This document shows, in pieces, positions 1 through 11,649 of a DNA stretch of 64,000 nucleotides. Source of the stretch: Lama guanicoe (lineage: Eukaryota); NCBI GenBank assembly GCA_013239625.1, contig MU053482.1, positions 4,239,922 to 4,303,921 of the forward strand. The letters are read 5' to 3'. The notes under the pieces are model-generated. The model was not told the origin of the DNA. It searched no databases and saw nothing but the letters and a program-made list of their open reading frames with translations. Each line of letters starts with the position of its first letter. The stretch's first letter is position 1. Made by a program: the position numbers and the translations under genes.

Positions 1-729
1 GGGAGCCGGGACGGTGAGCACAGGACTGAGAGGGCGGTTGAGCCACCCAGAGCACTCTCCCCTAACCCAGCAAGAGGAGTCTTGGCCCAGCTGGCATGAG
101 AGAAGACAGTCCGTGCCCCGCCCACCCCAGCTACAGCGCAGCACCCACAGTCCCCTGCACACCACAGGCTCCCACACCCCCGTGCTTCCCCCCGTGCTGC
201 CGCGCCTTCCGAAACACGCGTCCCTCCTTCTCTGCCGTCTTAGTGCAGGTTTACCTAAAAGCCAGCTCTAGTACAAGCATCTGAGTTCCAGTAGGAGGTG
301 AAGAAAATCCCGAAGGGAGGAAAGCGAGACAAGCGGGGAAGGCAGCTAACAAAGGCGGCTTTATCCCACTTGCACTGGGGGAGACTGGGCAGAATCCTGC
401 TGGGGAAGCTCAGTGTAGAACCCTGCACCTCAGAGCTGTCTGCCCCACGTTTATACTGTTCATACTCCATCTCCTTCGGTCACTGGTTGATGGCTGCTGT
501 GGGGGCAGCAGCATTAGTCCTCTAGTCCTCTGGCCTGCCCCCCACAGCAGGGTGGGTGCCGTGGGAAGAGAAAACACCCAAGCAAAGAAATGTAGGTGCT
601 GGTGGTTGGAAGTTGGGCCAGTGCGCACTGAAGCATGGTGCCAGCGAGGGGCTGTGGGCGAGGCCAGGACCGCCTACTGCACCTGCCAGGACACGTTCAG
701 CCCCCACCCCCTACACACTAGCAGGCCCT

Positions 730-1000
730 TCAAGGCATGGGCCTTGTTTTTCTTATCAAAGCTGTACCCCCAGTGCCTACCTCAGTGTCAAGCCCAGTAT
801 TTGTTGAATGAAGATACTCCGTTCTACAGAATCAGTCACTCCCACCTAGTTCCCTATAGTCCCCATGCTCCCCTCTAACCGCACTGAATTATAACTGTCC
901 ATGTCCTTGTCTGTCTTCCCTACTGAGCTGTGACTTCTTGAGAAGAAGGACCCTTGTTTCCCCAGGACCCAGGCCCATGGCGCCTGCTAAACATGCGGTT
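730..1000 (+). mobile_element. Two L2 LINE 3'-end fragments
   Basis: 'ctgtacccccagtgccta...tatttgttgaatgaa' and 'gtctgtcttccctactgagctgtgacttcttgag' resemble the L2 3' terminus. Confidence 0.55.
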
Positions 1001-1559
1001 TTGGAACCAGACTGAACAGAACCAACGTCCCGCTGGGGCCTTTGGTGTGGAGAACCCAGGGTGGGACAGACCAGTGGCCACGGAGGGCAGGGACACTCGG
1101 CACTAGCCTGGCGGCTGAGGCCCCACAGGGGCCAGCCTGTGCCTGCGGGCCAGGTGGGGCCCCTGGCTCCCTCCCCAGCTATGCCGGTGCCCCTGCGATC
1201 GGCACCCCGGCCCGCCCTGGAGCTGTGCCTCCACACGATACCCCATCTCAGCGCACAGTCCCCTGGAGCCAGCGGGCGAGGACACGAGAGGACACAAGGC
1301 AGAAGGCCTGGCTTGGACTGCTCTGCGATGGGGGGGACACGGAGGAGGAGAAGGAGAGATGGCATCTCTGGACTCACTGAAGAGGGGGCCATCCTCCCCG
1401 AGTGGCAAGGCCCCTGCTCTTTATGTTGACACAGAAGCCATGGGGACCATCACACCAGCTTGGACTCCCTGTCTTCCTCTCGGAGGTCCTTGCCTTGTCC
1501 GAGTGAGAAATCAGAAACAGGGGCAAGGTCATCATTAAGAAGAGGTTAAAAACAAACTA

Positions 1560-1590
1560 GGTTCAATCCCCAGCACCTCCACTAAAAGGA
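1560..1590 (+). mobile_element. 5'-truncated tRNA-derived SINE fragment (Vic-1-like)
   Basis: B-box 'ggttcaatccccagcacctcc' plus an A-rich tail; similar to the 3' half of the full SINE at 21583. Confidence 0.45.
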
Positions 1591-2230
1591 AAACAACAGC
1601 TAGCGCCCCACACACTAAGGTGACGGGCCTGCGCGCTGGCCCGGCACTAGTGCCTCAGCCGCCTCACGGAGTCAGCTGAAATCAAACTCCTACTCACCAC
1701 TCACTCACAGTCCCAGGAAATGAGGAATAAATGCTTCCAAGTTCAGACACACGGGGCTTGTCCAGCCTGCCGCAGTTAGAGACCAGGCGCTCGAAGTGGC
1801 TTAAAAGATTGTCTGAAGCCCCAGAGCAGACAAGTGCTGGAGTCAGGATGGAGTTTGGATGACTATCTGAACCTGGCCATCTTCAAGGACATCTTGCCAA
1901 GCTCCTGCAACATGCAAGAGCCTTCTGCTGACCACTGGGAACCCAAACTCATTCTGAGCAATTCGCTTCACTTCCAAAATAGCCACATGAAATGTTAACA
2001 AAGCACCCCAGGCTCTCTCTGGGCCTCCTAATGATGGAATGGACACAAGACAGAGTGTGTGTGAAGGCAGGCCGCTGATAAGAACTGGAGTGGCAGAGAC
2101 TGGGGGAACTGCTCTCAACAGTGCCGGCAAAGCAGAGAGGGAGGGACTGAGATCAGGTCCAGGAGGGGTGAGGAGAAGCCAAGCAGCTGTGTGGGGCCCT
2201 TGGGAGCCCACTCTACAGGGGGCCAGGGGC

Positions 2231-2285
2231 AGGTCACTTGACGTTCCCAAGCCTCAGTTTCCTCATCAGTAAAATGGGACCATTA
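2231..2285 (+). mobile_element. MIR SINE core fragment
   Basis: 'gcctcagtttcctcatcagtaaaatggg' matches the MIR core. Confidence 0.75.
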
Positions 2286-3599
2286 TCCCAATCTTAAGAT
2301 GATCATATCACAGGGATAAGCAGTGAATTCTTCCTTTGGAAACCAACATGATGAGTGTTGGGTGGAAGGTGACCATGTGTCAGCCATGGCCCAGGAGTCA
2401 GAGGAGGGGAGGAGATGGCCTTCTTGGGGAGGGTGAAGAGCTGGGAGTTTGCTTCTGAAAAGGAGAAGGGATAACAATGAATGCCAGGGTGGCAAGATGG
2501 GGTGGGCCTGGGGTGAAATGTGAGAAGTGAAAGACCTTTGAAGAACTTCCAGGCTTCTGGAGCCATTGAAAGCTGCTGCCCTAATAAATCTTCTTCGGGA
2601 AGGCCAACTGTGTGCCTGAACCCTTTGTGAGATCTCTTCGTGAGCTTGTCCACACACACTGAGCATGGGGAACATGTCGTGGAGGTGGTCTGTGGGAAGA
2701 ACCCAGGAGGCAGGGGCAGCCTGGAGTCGCTGGGCGTGAGCAGGAATCTAGGAGGAAGACACTGCACTCCCAGGACTGTGGAACTCTCCAGAATGATGTG
2801 TAGATCGCTGAGGGGTGAGTGGGCTCAGCTGACACCTGGCAACATTGTCAGATGCCATGACCATCCCAGGGCCCTTGTCGTCTTTTCCTTTTTTCCCCTC
2901 CAGAATTCACTTCCTGAAAATTCTCTGCCAGTCACAAGATTGAAGGTCAGAAATCCATTTTCTATCAAGCCTATCCCCATCACAGGAAAGACAACACAAG
3001 GAATATTGGGATGTTTTTATGAGATGAAAGCATGTGCAAACTTCAAGGTCCTTCGGTACCACAGGACACTGCTGTTCCTGTCGAGAAGGGATGGAGCTGT
3101 GGAGTAGATCTGAAAGTTAAATAACTCCAAGTGGGCTTTCTTCAACATCCTCTCTTTTATTAATAATTCATAGTTCCAGACAGGTTGACAACTTATTGAA
3201 AATGGTTCCTCACCTGAAAAGTGCTTATTACTTACAGTGTACCATCTTTATTACATCGATACTGACATTTAACACTCAATAAATCTCCACTCCCTCCATG
3301 GAGATGTGTCTGACAGCCAACAGGAGTCTTTTTCTCTGTGTTCCAGCAGGGTTTTGGTGTCGGGGACTGTGCTCTGTTACTAGGACCCTCAAATCTAAGA
3401 CAAATCTGAATGGGAAAGAGAAGTCCTGCGATACTGGTCTCTAAGCTGAAGAACCCCTCCCCCAACTCAGCCAAGCTCCTCAGTCTGCTACTGGTGGCTG
3501 ATGTGGTATGTAAAGGAAACGGGTAAGAGCTGAGTCAGCGAAGGAGGGAGGAAGAAATGTTCCTGCCATGTCCCACCACATGACCTGCTATGACAGCCA

Positions 3600-4450
3600 A
3601 GAGCTCCCCAGTCCAGCCTCCCTGCTCCCCGCTAATCCTCACTCCCTCCCAACTCTCTTCCGCACCAGGAATGACCAGCCATTATCTCCCAGGAAGCCAA
3701 CAAGCCCCTAACCTCCGGGCCTTTGCTTAAGTGGTTCTCTCTGCCCCCAATGCCTGATCCCCGTTCAAGTCCAAGTCCAATGCCTCCTCCTCTGTGCAAA
3801 GCCCACCCTGCCTCCCACAGAAGAACTCACTGTTTTCTAGCCTGTGTCCCTGCAGAACCAGGCACAGACTGCACACAGGTCCACTCAGCACAAGTGTCTA
3901 TCACTTCCTGAGCTTCTCCAGGGAAGGGGCTGGTCCTTCTCATCTCAGTGTCTCACCGACCAAAAACCCAGAATCAAACCATATACAGGTACCCCCAGCT
4001 TTTCGAAAGTTCACCTTATGCCATGTCATTTTCACGGAAGACCTACATTAGTACCTGTTTTCACTAACCAAAAGAAATCCAAAGAGGATTTTTGCTTTTC
4101 CAAAAAACAGGCAAAAGCAAAAACAGTGTTCAGCGGTTGTTTTGCAGCAAGCCAAACAATGCTTTGCCTCCACAAGCAGCAGTGCACACCTGAAGCAGAG
4201 AGAGCAGCACCGCCAAGCTCCTTCCCCAAGAACTGTACTCAGCATCTCAGCCTCAAGCCGCCATGTCTTCGAACTCTTATCTGTGAGCATCTATGCTTCA
4301 TTTCAGTTTATTCTGTGCATCCAATAGCAAGATGTGTCTTAAGGTAATTGCTTCTTTGCTTCCCACCATTTCGGCTTATGAAAGGTCGAATAAGCATGCT
4401 CCACTTTTGGGGAAACATGTATAATGAATAAATGAGTGAATGAATGAATA
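3600..4450 (+). mobile_element. L2 3' end, interrupted by the Tigger-type element at 3986-4419
   Basis: L2-like 'gggcctttgct...ctctctgcc' and 'tgagcttctccagggaagggg'; the (TGAA)n tail resumes at ~4422 after the insertion. Confidence 0.5.
3986..4419. mobile_element. TcMar-Tigger-type non-autonomous DNA transposon (subfamily not assigned)
   Basis: TA|CAGGTACCCCC ... GGGGAAACATG|TA: TA on both sides and imperfect terminal inverted repeats; body recalled from laurasiatherian genomes. Confidence 0.7.
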
Positions 4451-4587
4451 TGTCACTTTCTTCCCTACCCTCTCCCCTCTTCCCACTCTTTCCTTACTTC
4501 CTCTACCTCCATCTGGCAATTCCCCAGGCTCTGCCTTCTTTAGGTTTGCCAAGTCCCTGAAATGGTAGATTATGGTAGCTAATATTT

Positions 4588-4765
4588 TGGACTCTGAAGT
4601 CAGACGAATGTATCTTTATGGCCCTGCCCTGAAGCTTGCCAATTATGTGGTCTCCTAACCCCTTTGTGCCTTAACTTCCTTATCTATAAAATGGGGGTAA
4701 TAATATGTGCCCCACTAGGTGGTTGGAAGGACCTAATGCGGTCGTGTATGTAACGTGCTTGCACA
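4588..4765 (+). mobile_element. MIR SINE
   Basis: 'ggactctgaagtcagac...gtgccttaacttccttatctataaaatgggggtaataata'. Confidence 0.7.
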
Positions 4766-5871
4766 GGCTGTGCTGCTACGGAACAAGGGAGCCCTTCTAT
4801 TCATGGTCCCTCGCCCCGGGAAGACGATAGAGTCCCCAGCCTGGCTTGGCTCCAGTGGTATGGGTCTAGGCCAGCCTGCTGCCCTGGTGGCCTGGGGTAT
4901 AGAAACACCAGAGCAAAGCCAGTCTGGACTGGCAGAAAGCCAGTGCAGTAGCCTGCTTGTAGAGAAATGCAAGAATACCCCTTCCAAGGACGTGCAGTCA
5001 GATGAATGTGGAAATTGGGTGTTAGTTCCCAGTTTGCAATTAGAACATCATGCAGATGGGTTCTGCTTTAAAGCCTAGAGACACTTCTTCTCCACAGGGT
5101 TTTAAATTTCTCTTTGCTGCTAGGAGTAGCTTTGTTGATCACTGGCTCAGCACAAATGTCACAGGCCTCTTGGGCTGTGCAGAGACAACACAGAGCCAGC
5201 TCCTGGGGGCTCTCATTCCAGTCCTTCTGCGGCACGCTGGGGAGGGAAGGTACCAGCAGCCTGCAGGTCCCCTGGGCCACAGCACCGTGGGCAGGCCAGA
5301 CTCTGAGTGGATGTGGCCCCCAAACTCTGCTGCAGGAGCTCACTGGTGACTGGTGACTGGGCAGCTGTCCTGGGGCAGGATAGCCTTTGGTGGGTACACA
5401 GTTTCTGCTTGTGCACTGAGTGATTCAAGGCCTGACCTTGGCATCAAAGGGGACCTAGAGGTTTTAGGAGCACAGAGAAGCTGTATGCTTCCTTGAATCA
5501 AGACACTCATCCACTCAACTTCTCAAAGAATACCACTGTGTTTTCCCAAGGCAGTGAGAAGAACCAGGAAAATACACAGCAATAAAGTGAGAAAGAGATG
5601 GAATTCATATACATAAATCATTCATGCACACACAGTCCTTTAAGCACCAGAAGGGCTCAGAGTGGTGACCTGGTCCAGCCCTGCTCTCAAAGCAGCAACA
5701 CCCTACAGAGGCCCTGAGAAGAGAGCCTTGGCCTTTATTTCTGCTACTAACAAGGAGCTCCTGCCTCTTTTCTTTGGACATGGCCAATTGTTGGAAGCTC
5801 TGTTCTTACTATGGGGCCAAACTGCCTCCCTATTAATATTACACTCCTGGTTCTGCTTCTGCCCTCTAGAC

Positions 5872-6189
5872 CAGCCTTGTCTCATAGAAATAGAATGCAA
5901 GCCATGTGTCATTTTAAATTGTCTAGAGCCACGTGAAAAATAGGAAAAAGAGAAAGGTGCAATTCATTTTAGTAATGTCTTATTTCCACCAATACATCCC
6001 AAATATTATCATTCCAATATATAATCAACATAAAAATGATTAATGAGATAATCTGGCATGATTGTTTCACTTGACATCTTTGAATCAGTTGCATATTGCA
6101 TGCCCAGAGCACATCTCAGTTTGGACGAGCTGCATTTCAGGGGCTCAGTAGCCACCTGTGACCACTGGCTGCCCGACCGGACAGCGCAG
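5872..6189 (+). mobile_element. MER33 (hAT-Charlie) DNA transposon, near full length
   Basis: Ends CAGCCTTGTC...GGACAGCGCAG; internal 'aaatattatcattccaat', 'gcacatctcagtttggac'; degenerate 8-bp TSD ctctagac/cttgagac fits the Charlie NTCTAGAN target. Confidence 0.85.
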
Positions 6190-6227
6190 CTTGAGACAGC
6201 GGGCAGCCAGCTTTCCTGTCCTTCCTC

Positions 6228-6228
<1 letters not shown>

Positions 6229-6266
<38 letters not shown>

Positions 6267-6273
6267 CCCCCCC
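6229..6273 (+). repeat. Poly(C) tract (C36, GG, C7)
   Basis: Read directly from the sequence. Confidence 0.95.
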
Positions 6274-7108
6274 TCCTAACTCTAGGTTACAATTATATTC
6301 GCACTTCTACTCATCTGTTGAGTGAACGCTGAATAAATGCTCTCACTCTTCTCCACCTCTTTCCTTGTAAACCACTCCTCCTTCCTTCCTCCTTCTCTTC
6401 ACACTATTGTAAAAACAGTTTTATGCTGCATCGACATGAGTTGGCCTCAGGAGATGCTAACACAAGTGATATCCAGTGAGTATCTAAGTGTTTAGATCCA
6501 TTGAAAAGACTCATTCATCCATTCCTCCTCCCAGTTGTTTTGGCTCCAATTCAAAATTACTTTTCTCTCCCCTCAGTTGAGCCCCCACATAGTTCTTCCT
6601 CAGTTGCTGAGCTTGAAGGTCTCCACATGCTGATCACTAATAAGGGCAGAAGGGACCCACATCATCGCCCAGAATCTCTATCACACAACAACTGACATAA
6701 GGCAACACAAGACCCGGGGGTGAGACCGGAGCTCGCCAGTCCACCCAACTCCTCTGCAAGCCGGGCCTCCGCCCTCCTTTCTACCACTCACTGGGCCCAT
6801 GTTTCCAGTGGAAAGAGACGAAAGTAGCCAAGAGCTGAATCCTGATGTCTGTGCATACCCCTGCCCCAGTGCAAATTCCTGAAGGAAAAGTGCATGAAGA
6901 ATAAGATGATGGAAATGATCAGGGTCTCTATGACTGCTGGGGTTGGGGACCAGGTAACATGATGGGTCTGAGGCTCCAATAAAACAGCCGGGTACAGGTC
7001 CTAGCTCCCAGCCTTCTTATGTGTGACAGTGCACAAGTTACTTATCCTTTCTAAACTTCAGGACTCTCATCTGTGAAACAGAGATAATAACTATATCTAT
7101 TTTTAGGG

Positions 7109-8045
7109 TGTATTAGTTTCTTATTGCTGCTGTAACAAATTATCACAAACTTAGTGATGAAAAATGACAGCAATTTATTATCTAATGGCTCTGGAGGTCA
7201 AAAATCTGAACTGCGTCTCACTGGGTGTCAAGCAGGGCTGTGTTCCTCCTGGAGGCTCTGGAGAGCACCTGTTTTCTTGTCTTTTCCAACTTCTATAAGT
7301 TGTCTGTGCTCCTTGAACGGTCCTCTTGTGAAGGAAAAGCCGGTCTGGTCCTAACTCGTAAATCTACATATAACAAATGTCGGATTACTGATCTGAGTTC
7401 CGGTGGGCTAACTCGTGAATCTAAGTTAATAAGTGTCGGTTTGCTGATTCCCTGCTTATGTGTGGTTTGTTGTTTTTTGTTTTTTGTTTTTTTTTTTTTT
7501 TGCTAGCCAGCTGGATTTTCAGAGAGACATATCTGGCCTTGGAATGTCAGTTTGCTGCCTCCCTGCCTCTGCTTTTGTGATAATGATGCTGCTAAAGCCG
7601 TTCCATGCCTACTGGCCGAATACCCCAAGCTTGTAATTAACCCTATAAAACCTCATGCACACGTCTTGGAGGTGCTCAGAGATTCAGAGCAGAAGCCCCT
7701 CTGAGCCCGCTGGTGTAATAAATGTGAGTACTCCAACCCTCCAAGTGGTGCTTGTTTCTTGGCTGCCCTGTCATTTCCATAATACTCTTCCTCCGTCCTC
7801 AGAGTCAGCAAGGATAGTTGAGTCCTTCTCACGTTGAATCACTCTGAGTCTCCTGCCTCACTCTTTCACTCATAAAGACCCTTGTGTTTGCATTAGACCT
7901 CCCAGATAATCCAGGATAATCTCCCCATCTCAAGGCCAGCTGATTAGCAAACTTAATCCCGCCTTTGCCACATAGCAGACTGTGTTCACAGATTCTGAGG
8001 ATGAGGATGTGGACATCTTTGGGGGACTTTACTCTTCCTACTACA
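7109..8045 (-). mobile_element. MLT1 (MaLR) solo LTR, probably MLT1C-like, split by an ERV1 LTR
   Basis: 'tgtattagtttcttattgctgctgtaacaaattatcacaaactt' ... 'ataatccaggataatctcccc', 'gctgattagcaaacttaat', 'ggacatctttggggg...ctactaca'; degenerate 5-bp TSD taggg/tagtt. Confidence 0.85.
7327..7784 (+). mobile_element. ERV1-class solo LTR (family not recognised, probably lineage-specific)
   Basis: Perfect 4-bp TSD CTCT (7323-7326, 7785-7788); ends TGTGAAGGAA...TTCCATAATA; TATAAAA at 7644; AATAAA at 7717; MLT1 sequence resumes in register on both sides. Confidence 0.8.
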
Positions 8046-8589
8046 TAGTTGTTTGGAGGATCCAGTGAGCAATACCTGGCCCATCATAAGCATTCTATAA
8101 CTGCTGGAAATGTTTACACTGGTCCCAAATTCTTACGTGAACTCCTGGACCTGGGCAGCCAAGTGGAGCCAGTCTGTTTCACTGGATTCAGGCTTCTTTC
8201 TCTTGGACTCAACTGAAGTCCATCTAAGGGCAACAGGGTCAGTTCCAAGTGGGAGATAACTCTGGGCCTAGGTCACCACATGAATTCCAAAAAGGCCATA
8301 CTCCCAAGAGAGAAATTGAAGTATAAGGACCAAAGGCAGCTACCCTATGAGGTAAGAGCTTTCACCTCTTAGCTGTTAATAAGGAAAGCTCCTCTGTAGG
8401 GCACAAGGCTCACACATGCCCTTGCCCTTGATCCACACTGGGGCTTCTTCTGGGGATGTAAAGTAAGGCAAGAAGAGGGCTTGGCCTGCCCTAGACATCA
8501 AGGAGAAAAATAAGAACTCACTGCTGCAGAGTGTTATCTAGGCAAAGAGAAGTGTGCTCCAAACTTGGAAGGAAGGTGACTTGGTCATA

Positions 8590-8710
8590 CTAACAGTAAT
8601 CCTGAGAGTTTACTGGGCACTTACTCTGTGCCAGGCCCTGAGATAAAAGCTTCACAGAGCCTATCATCTTCAATCTCCACAGCAGTATAAACTTGGGAGC
8701 CTATTATGAG
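8590..8710 (-). mobile_element. MIR SINE
   Basis: 'tttactgggcacttactctgtgccaggccctg' is the reverse-complement MIR 3' end. Confidence 0.65.
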
Positions 8711-9139
8711 AGCGAAATGAGCAGACATTCACATCTGGGTGGAAACAGCCCACACTGAACAGATGAGCAGATGTGGGATCCCTAAAGTTGCACCCTTTGA
8801 CCTGGGTGGGGTCTCAAGGACGTGTTGCTGGAAGGGGATTCAAATGCAGAGAGTCAAAACCTATTCATCTCGCCTGAACCGTACTGAGATCATTGAGAGA
8901 TATGGGACAAGGGTCCTTCGTGAGGAGGAAAACCTTCTATTTCTCTCTCCCACTGTTCTTGTGAATATGTAATCCCCACGCAGGTCTCTCCACAGAGAGA
9001 AGATGTGAGCATCCAGGTTTGCATGGTGGAGCTTGGGAGTCTGACCTGGTCTTAAACAGCGATGACTCAGGGAATGTTCTTAATTTCTCTGTGTTTCAGA
9101 CTTCTCATTTGTATGACGGCAGTAACAACAGCAAACACA

Positions 9140-9380
9140 CATGGGTGTTTACCAAGTGCCAGGCTCTGTCCAGCAAGCATCATATGTGTTAGTTCTTATT
9201 CCTTGTAACAGCTGTGGAGGTTGGTATTATTATCCTAGTTTACAGATGGGATACTAAGGCACAGAAAGTTTATATTAAGCAAGCTGCCCAAGGTCACAGA
9301 GCCAAAGGTGGGCAGAGTGGGGAACTGAACACACATAGTCTGGCTCCAGCCTCAGGGGTCCTGACCAGTATTATACACTG
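9140..9380 (-). mobile_element. MIR SINE, apparently lying inside a plus-strand MIR (~9030-9520)
   Basis: 'tattattatcctagtttacagatgggatactaaggcacagaaag...gcccaaggtcacagagc'; plus-strand MIR pieces on both flanks. Confidence 0.75.
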
Positions 9381-11649
9381 TCTCCCAACATGGCTTACTT
9401 CATAGGGCTGTTAGGAATTAGATGAGATATCTATGTAACATATACTTATAATTATCATATATAATAAAAGTAATAATAAATGCCTGATATAATAAATATT
9501 AAATATTTGTTGACATGAACAAATTAACAAACTGATGGAGGCTCAGTGATGGAGCATTTCAGAACAGCCCAGAGACCCGCAGGCACTGTTGTTTCCAAGA
9601 TGGGTGAGGGGTGACCAGAGGTACAAGAGAATGCAAGCCCATGGGAGACCATCTCTGACACTGTGTGTTGGGGACAGCCCTGAACAGAAGGTCCTTCCTA
9701 GCAGACACAGCCAAGAAACTTGGTGATGCCTTTGACCTATGGTCTCTCCAAGTCATGGTGTGTTGGGGCTGGTTCTTCTCAAGGAAACTGAGAAAGCTCG
9801 ACATGGACTATTGGAGGGTCTATCTGGTGTACCAAAACTGGATAAAGAACCCAGCAGCCTCATCACTGTGTCAAAGCTACACTCATCACACTTGAAAGTC
9901 CAGTTCTTAAAAGTGGGCCCTGGCAGATACTGGGGGCAAGGGTGGCAAGGGGGCAGAGGTGGGGTGTCCACTGAGGCAGAGAAGAGCACCCACAGAGGCC
10001 CTTGTCTTTTTGGCTCACATGGGACCACTGTCAACAGGGAGGTCAGAAGCCGGGCCTGCGATGCCAGGTGGCTCTCCATCAGAGATCTTGGCCATACAAG
10101 GGTACCTCACCTCTCTGTCATCCTAGGAGCAATGCGTGAGCTGCTCAGATATAAGACATATCCTAGGAATTCTTTGCAAAAGTCAGATGGCAGAAAGGAC
10201 TCACTATCATCAAACAGCCATGAGCAGTGACATTTATAGGCATGAACACCTTCCAGGTCTCCTTCCTGGGCTCAGAGCACTAATCTATTCACCGACTGCA
10301 AAGAACAATTAGTCCTGCCAGATGGGGGAATGTATCGAAAACCCTCTCCCAGGGCAGAACCAATTAAAGCTTGGGTTTTAAAAAGCCGATTGATTCGCTC
10401 AAAGGAGCAAAGTACAGGCGGCAGGGGCTCTTCCTGCTGAGCCATTTCTCTGTGTTTCCCAAAGCAGATCTAAAACCTCCTGGTTTTCATACGGCTCTGC
10501 GCAGAGTCGGCTGATAATCTCTATGCTTCAAAGCACTTGCGGGGCATTTTTTGATGCATATTCATTTAATCATTCAACACAATTTCACTTCACCCTTTCA
10601 CCCTGGAAGCTGAGCCCTAGGAAGGCTGACGGCAGAGTGCTGGGGCGGCAGATTGCACGGACCAAGCGGTTTTGGCTGGTACAGTCTACACCACGGTCAC
10701 AGAAGCAGGCATGGAAGGGGACCTCTGAGGCATTCGCTCCCCTCCACAAGCAAGCCAGTCTCATGTGGCATCTGCAGCCACGCTGAGCCTCAGGAACAAA
10801 GACTGCCTGTTACAGGCAATTCACATTGATGGAATTGGTAATGAAAAGCTCATCTCTCATAGAAGGAAAGAGTACCAGTGATCCATTTAGCATTGACTCA
10901 AAATTTGATTTTTAAATTCTAAAATGAATAATGTGTGATGAGTTTTATTGGCTCAACCAGAATTAATAAGTTAGTGGAAAAGAAAAAAAGTTCTTTCAGG
11001 GCAGGCAAAAATCACTCCAAATGGTATCCTAGTGTTTAAGTAACACCAGGCATCTTAGCATCAGATTAGGACCAAACATTTCACCCAGTATGTTTTGCAC
11101 TGATGTCCTGCCAGCTTAGTGTCGGGCAGTGAGCACGCAGAAATGAGTCTGATGCAGGGAAGAACATCCACATGGGCCAGATCTGGGATCCCAGCAAGTA
11201 TCCAGACAGAAATCATCTCTGGTCCATCTCACTTGTCTCCTTGGCCCACAAGGGACCATTATCAACAGGGAGATCAGAAGCCAGGCAGTCCTGTGATGCC
11301 AGGTGGCTGGGCCATCTCTCATACCTGACAGCTGCCAGTTTAGAACCAGGGACACCTGCACCCTAGAAGCCAAGAACGCTGTAAACAGAGGGAAGAGCTG
11401 GCCACACCAGCAACATACAGAAGCACACGGCTGATCATGAACCTGTGTTCTCAAGCTCCCAAGGTGAAGCCCAGGCCCTTAACTTTCAATCTCTTGGGCC
11501 TCAGCAAGGTGGCCTTCTCTCAGCTGGATGAATTTTTTTATTTGGCTTCTCTTCACAGCCTAGGGCCGAGATCACTCAAGAAACAATAGCCCCTCATTCA
11601 TTAAAACCTCCAAGTTTTATAAACAGCTCAGCCTTGCTGCATAAACTCG

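Larger units (their letters stand above)
6990..8110 (+). mobile_element. MIR SINE split by the MLT1 insertion (5' part 6990-7108, 3' part 8046-8110)
   Basis: 'caagttacttatcctttct...ctcatctgtgaaacagagataataa...taggg' continues after 8045 as 'tagttgtttggaggat...cctggcccatcataagcattc'. Confidence 0.7.

Noticed and set aside
1..1800. CpG-island promoter
   Set aside because: CpG enrichment is patchy and borderline, interrupted by L2/SINE/MIR remnants, with no identifiable first exon.
5278..5298. REST/NRSE-like site CACAGCACCGTGGGCAGG
   Set aside because: Mismatch in the critical GGACAG half-site and at the 5' end.
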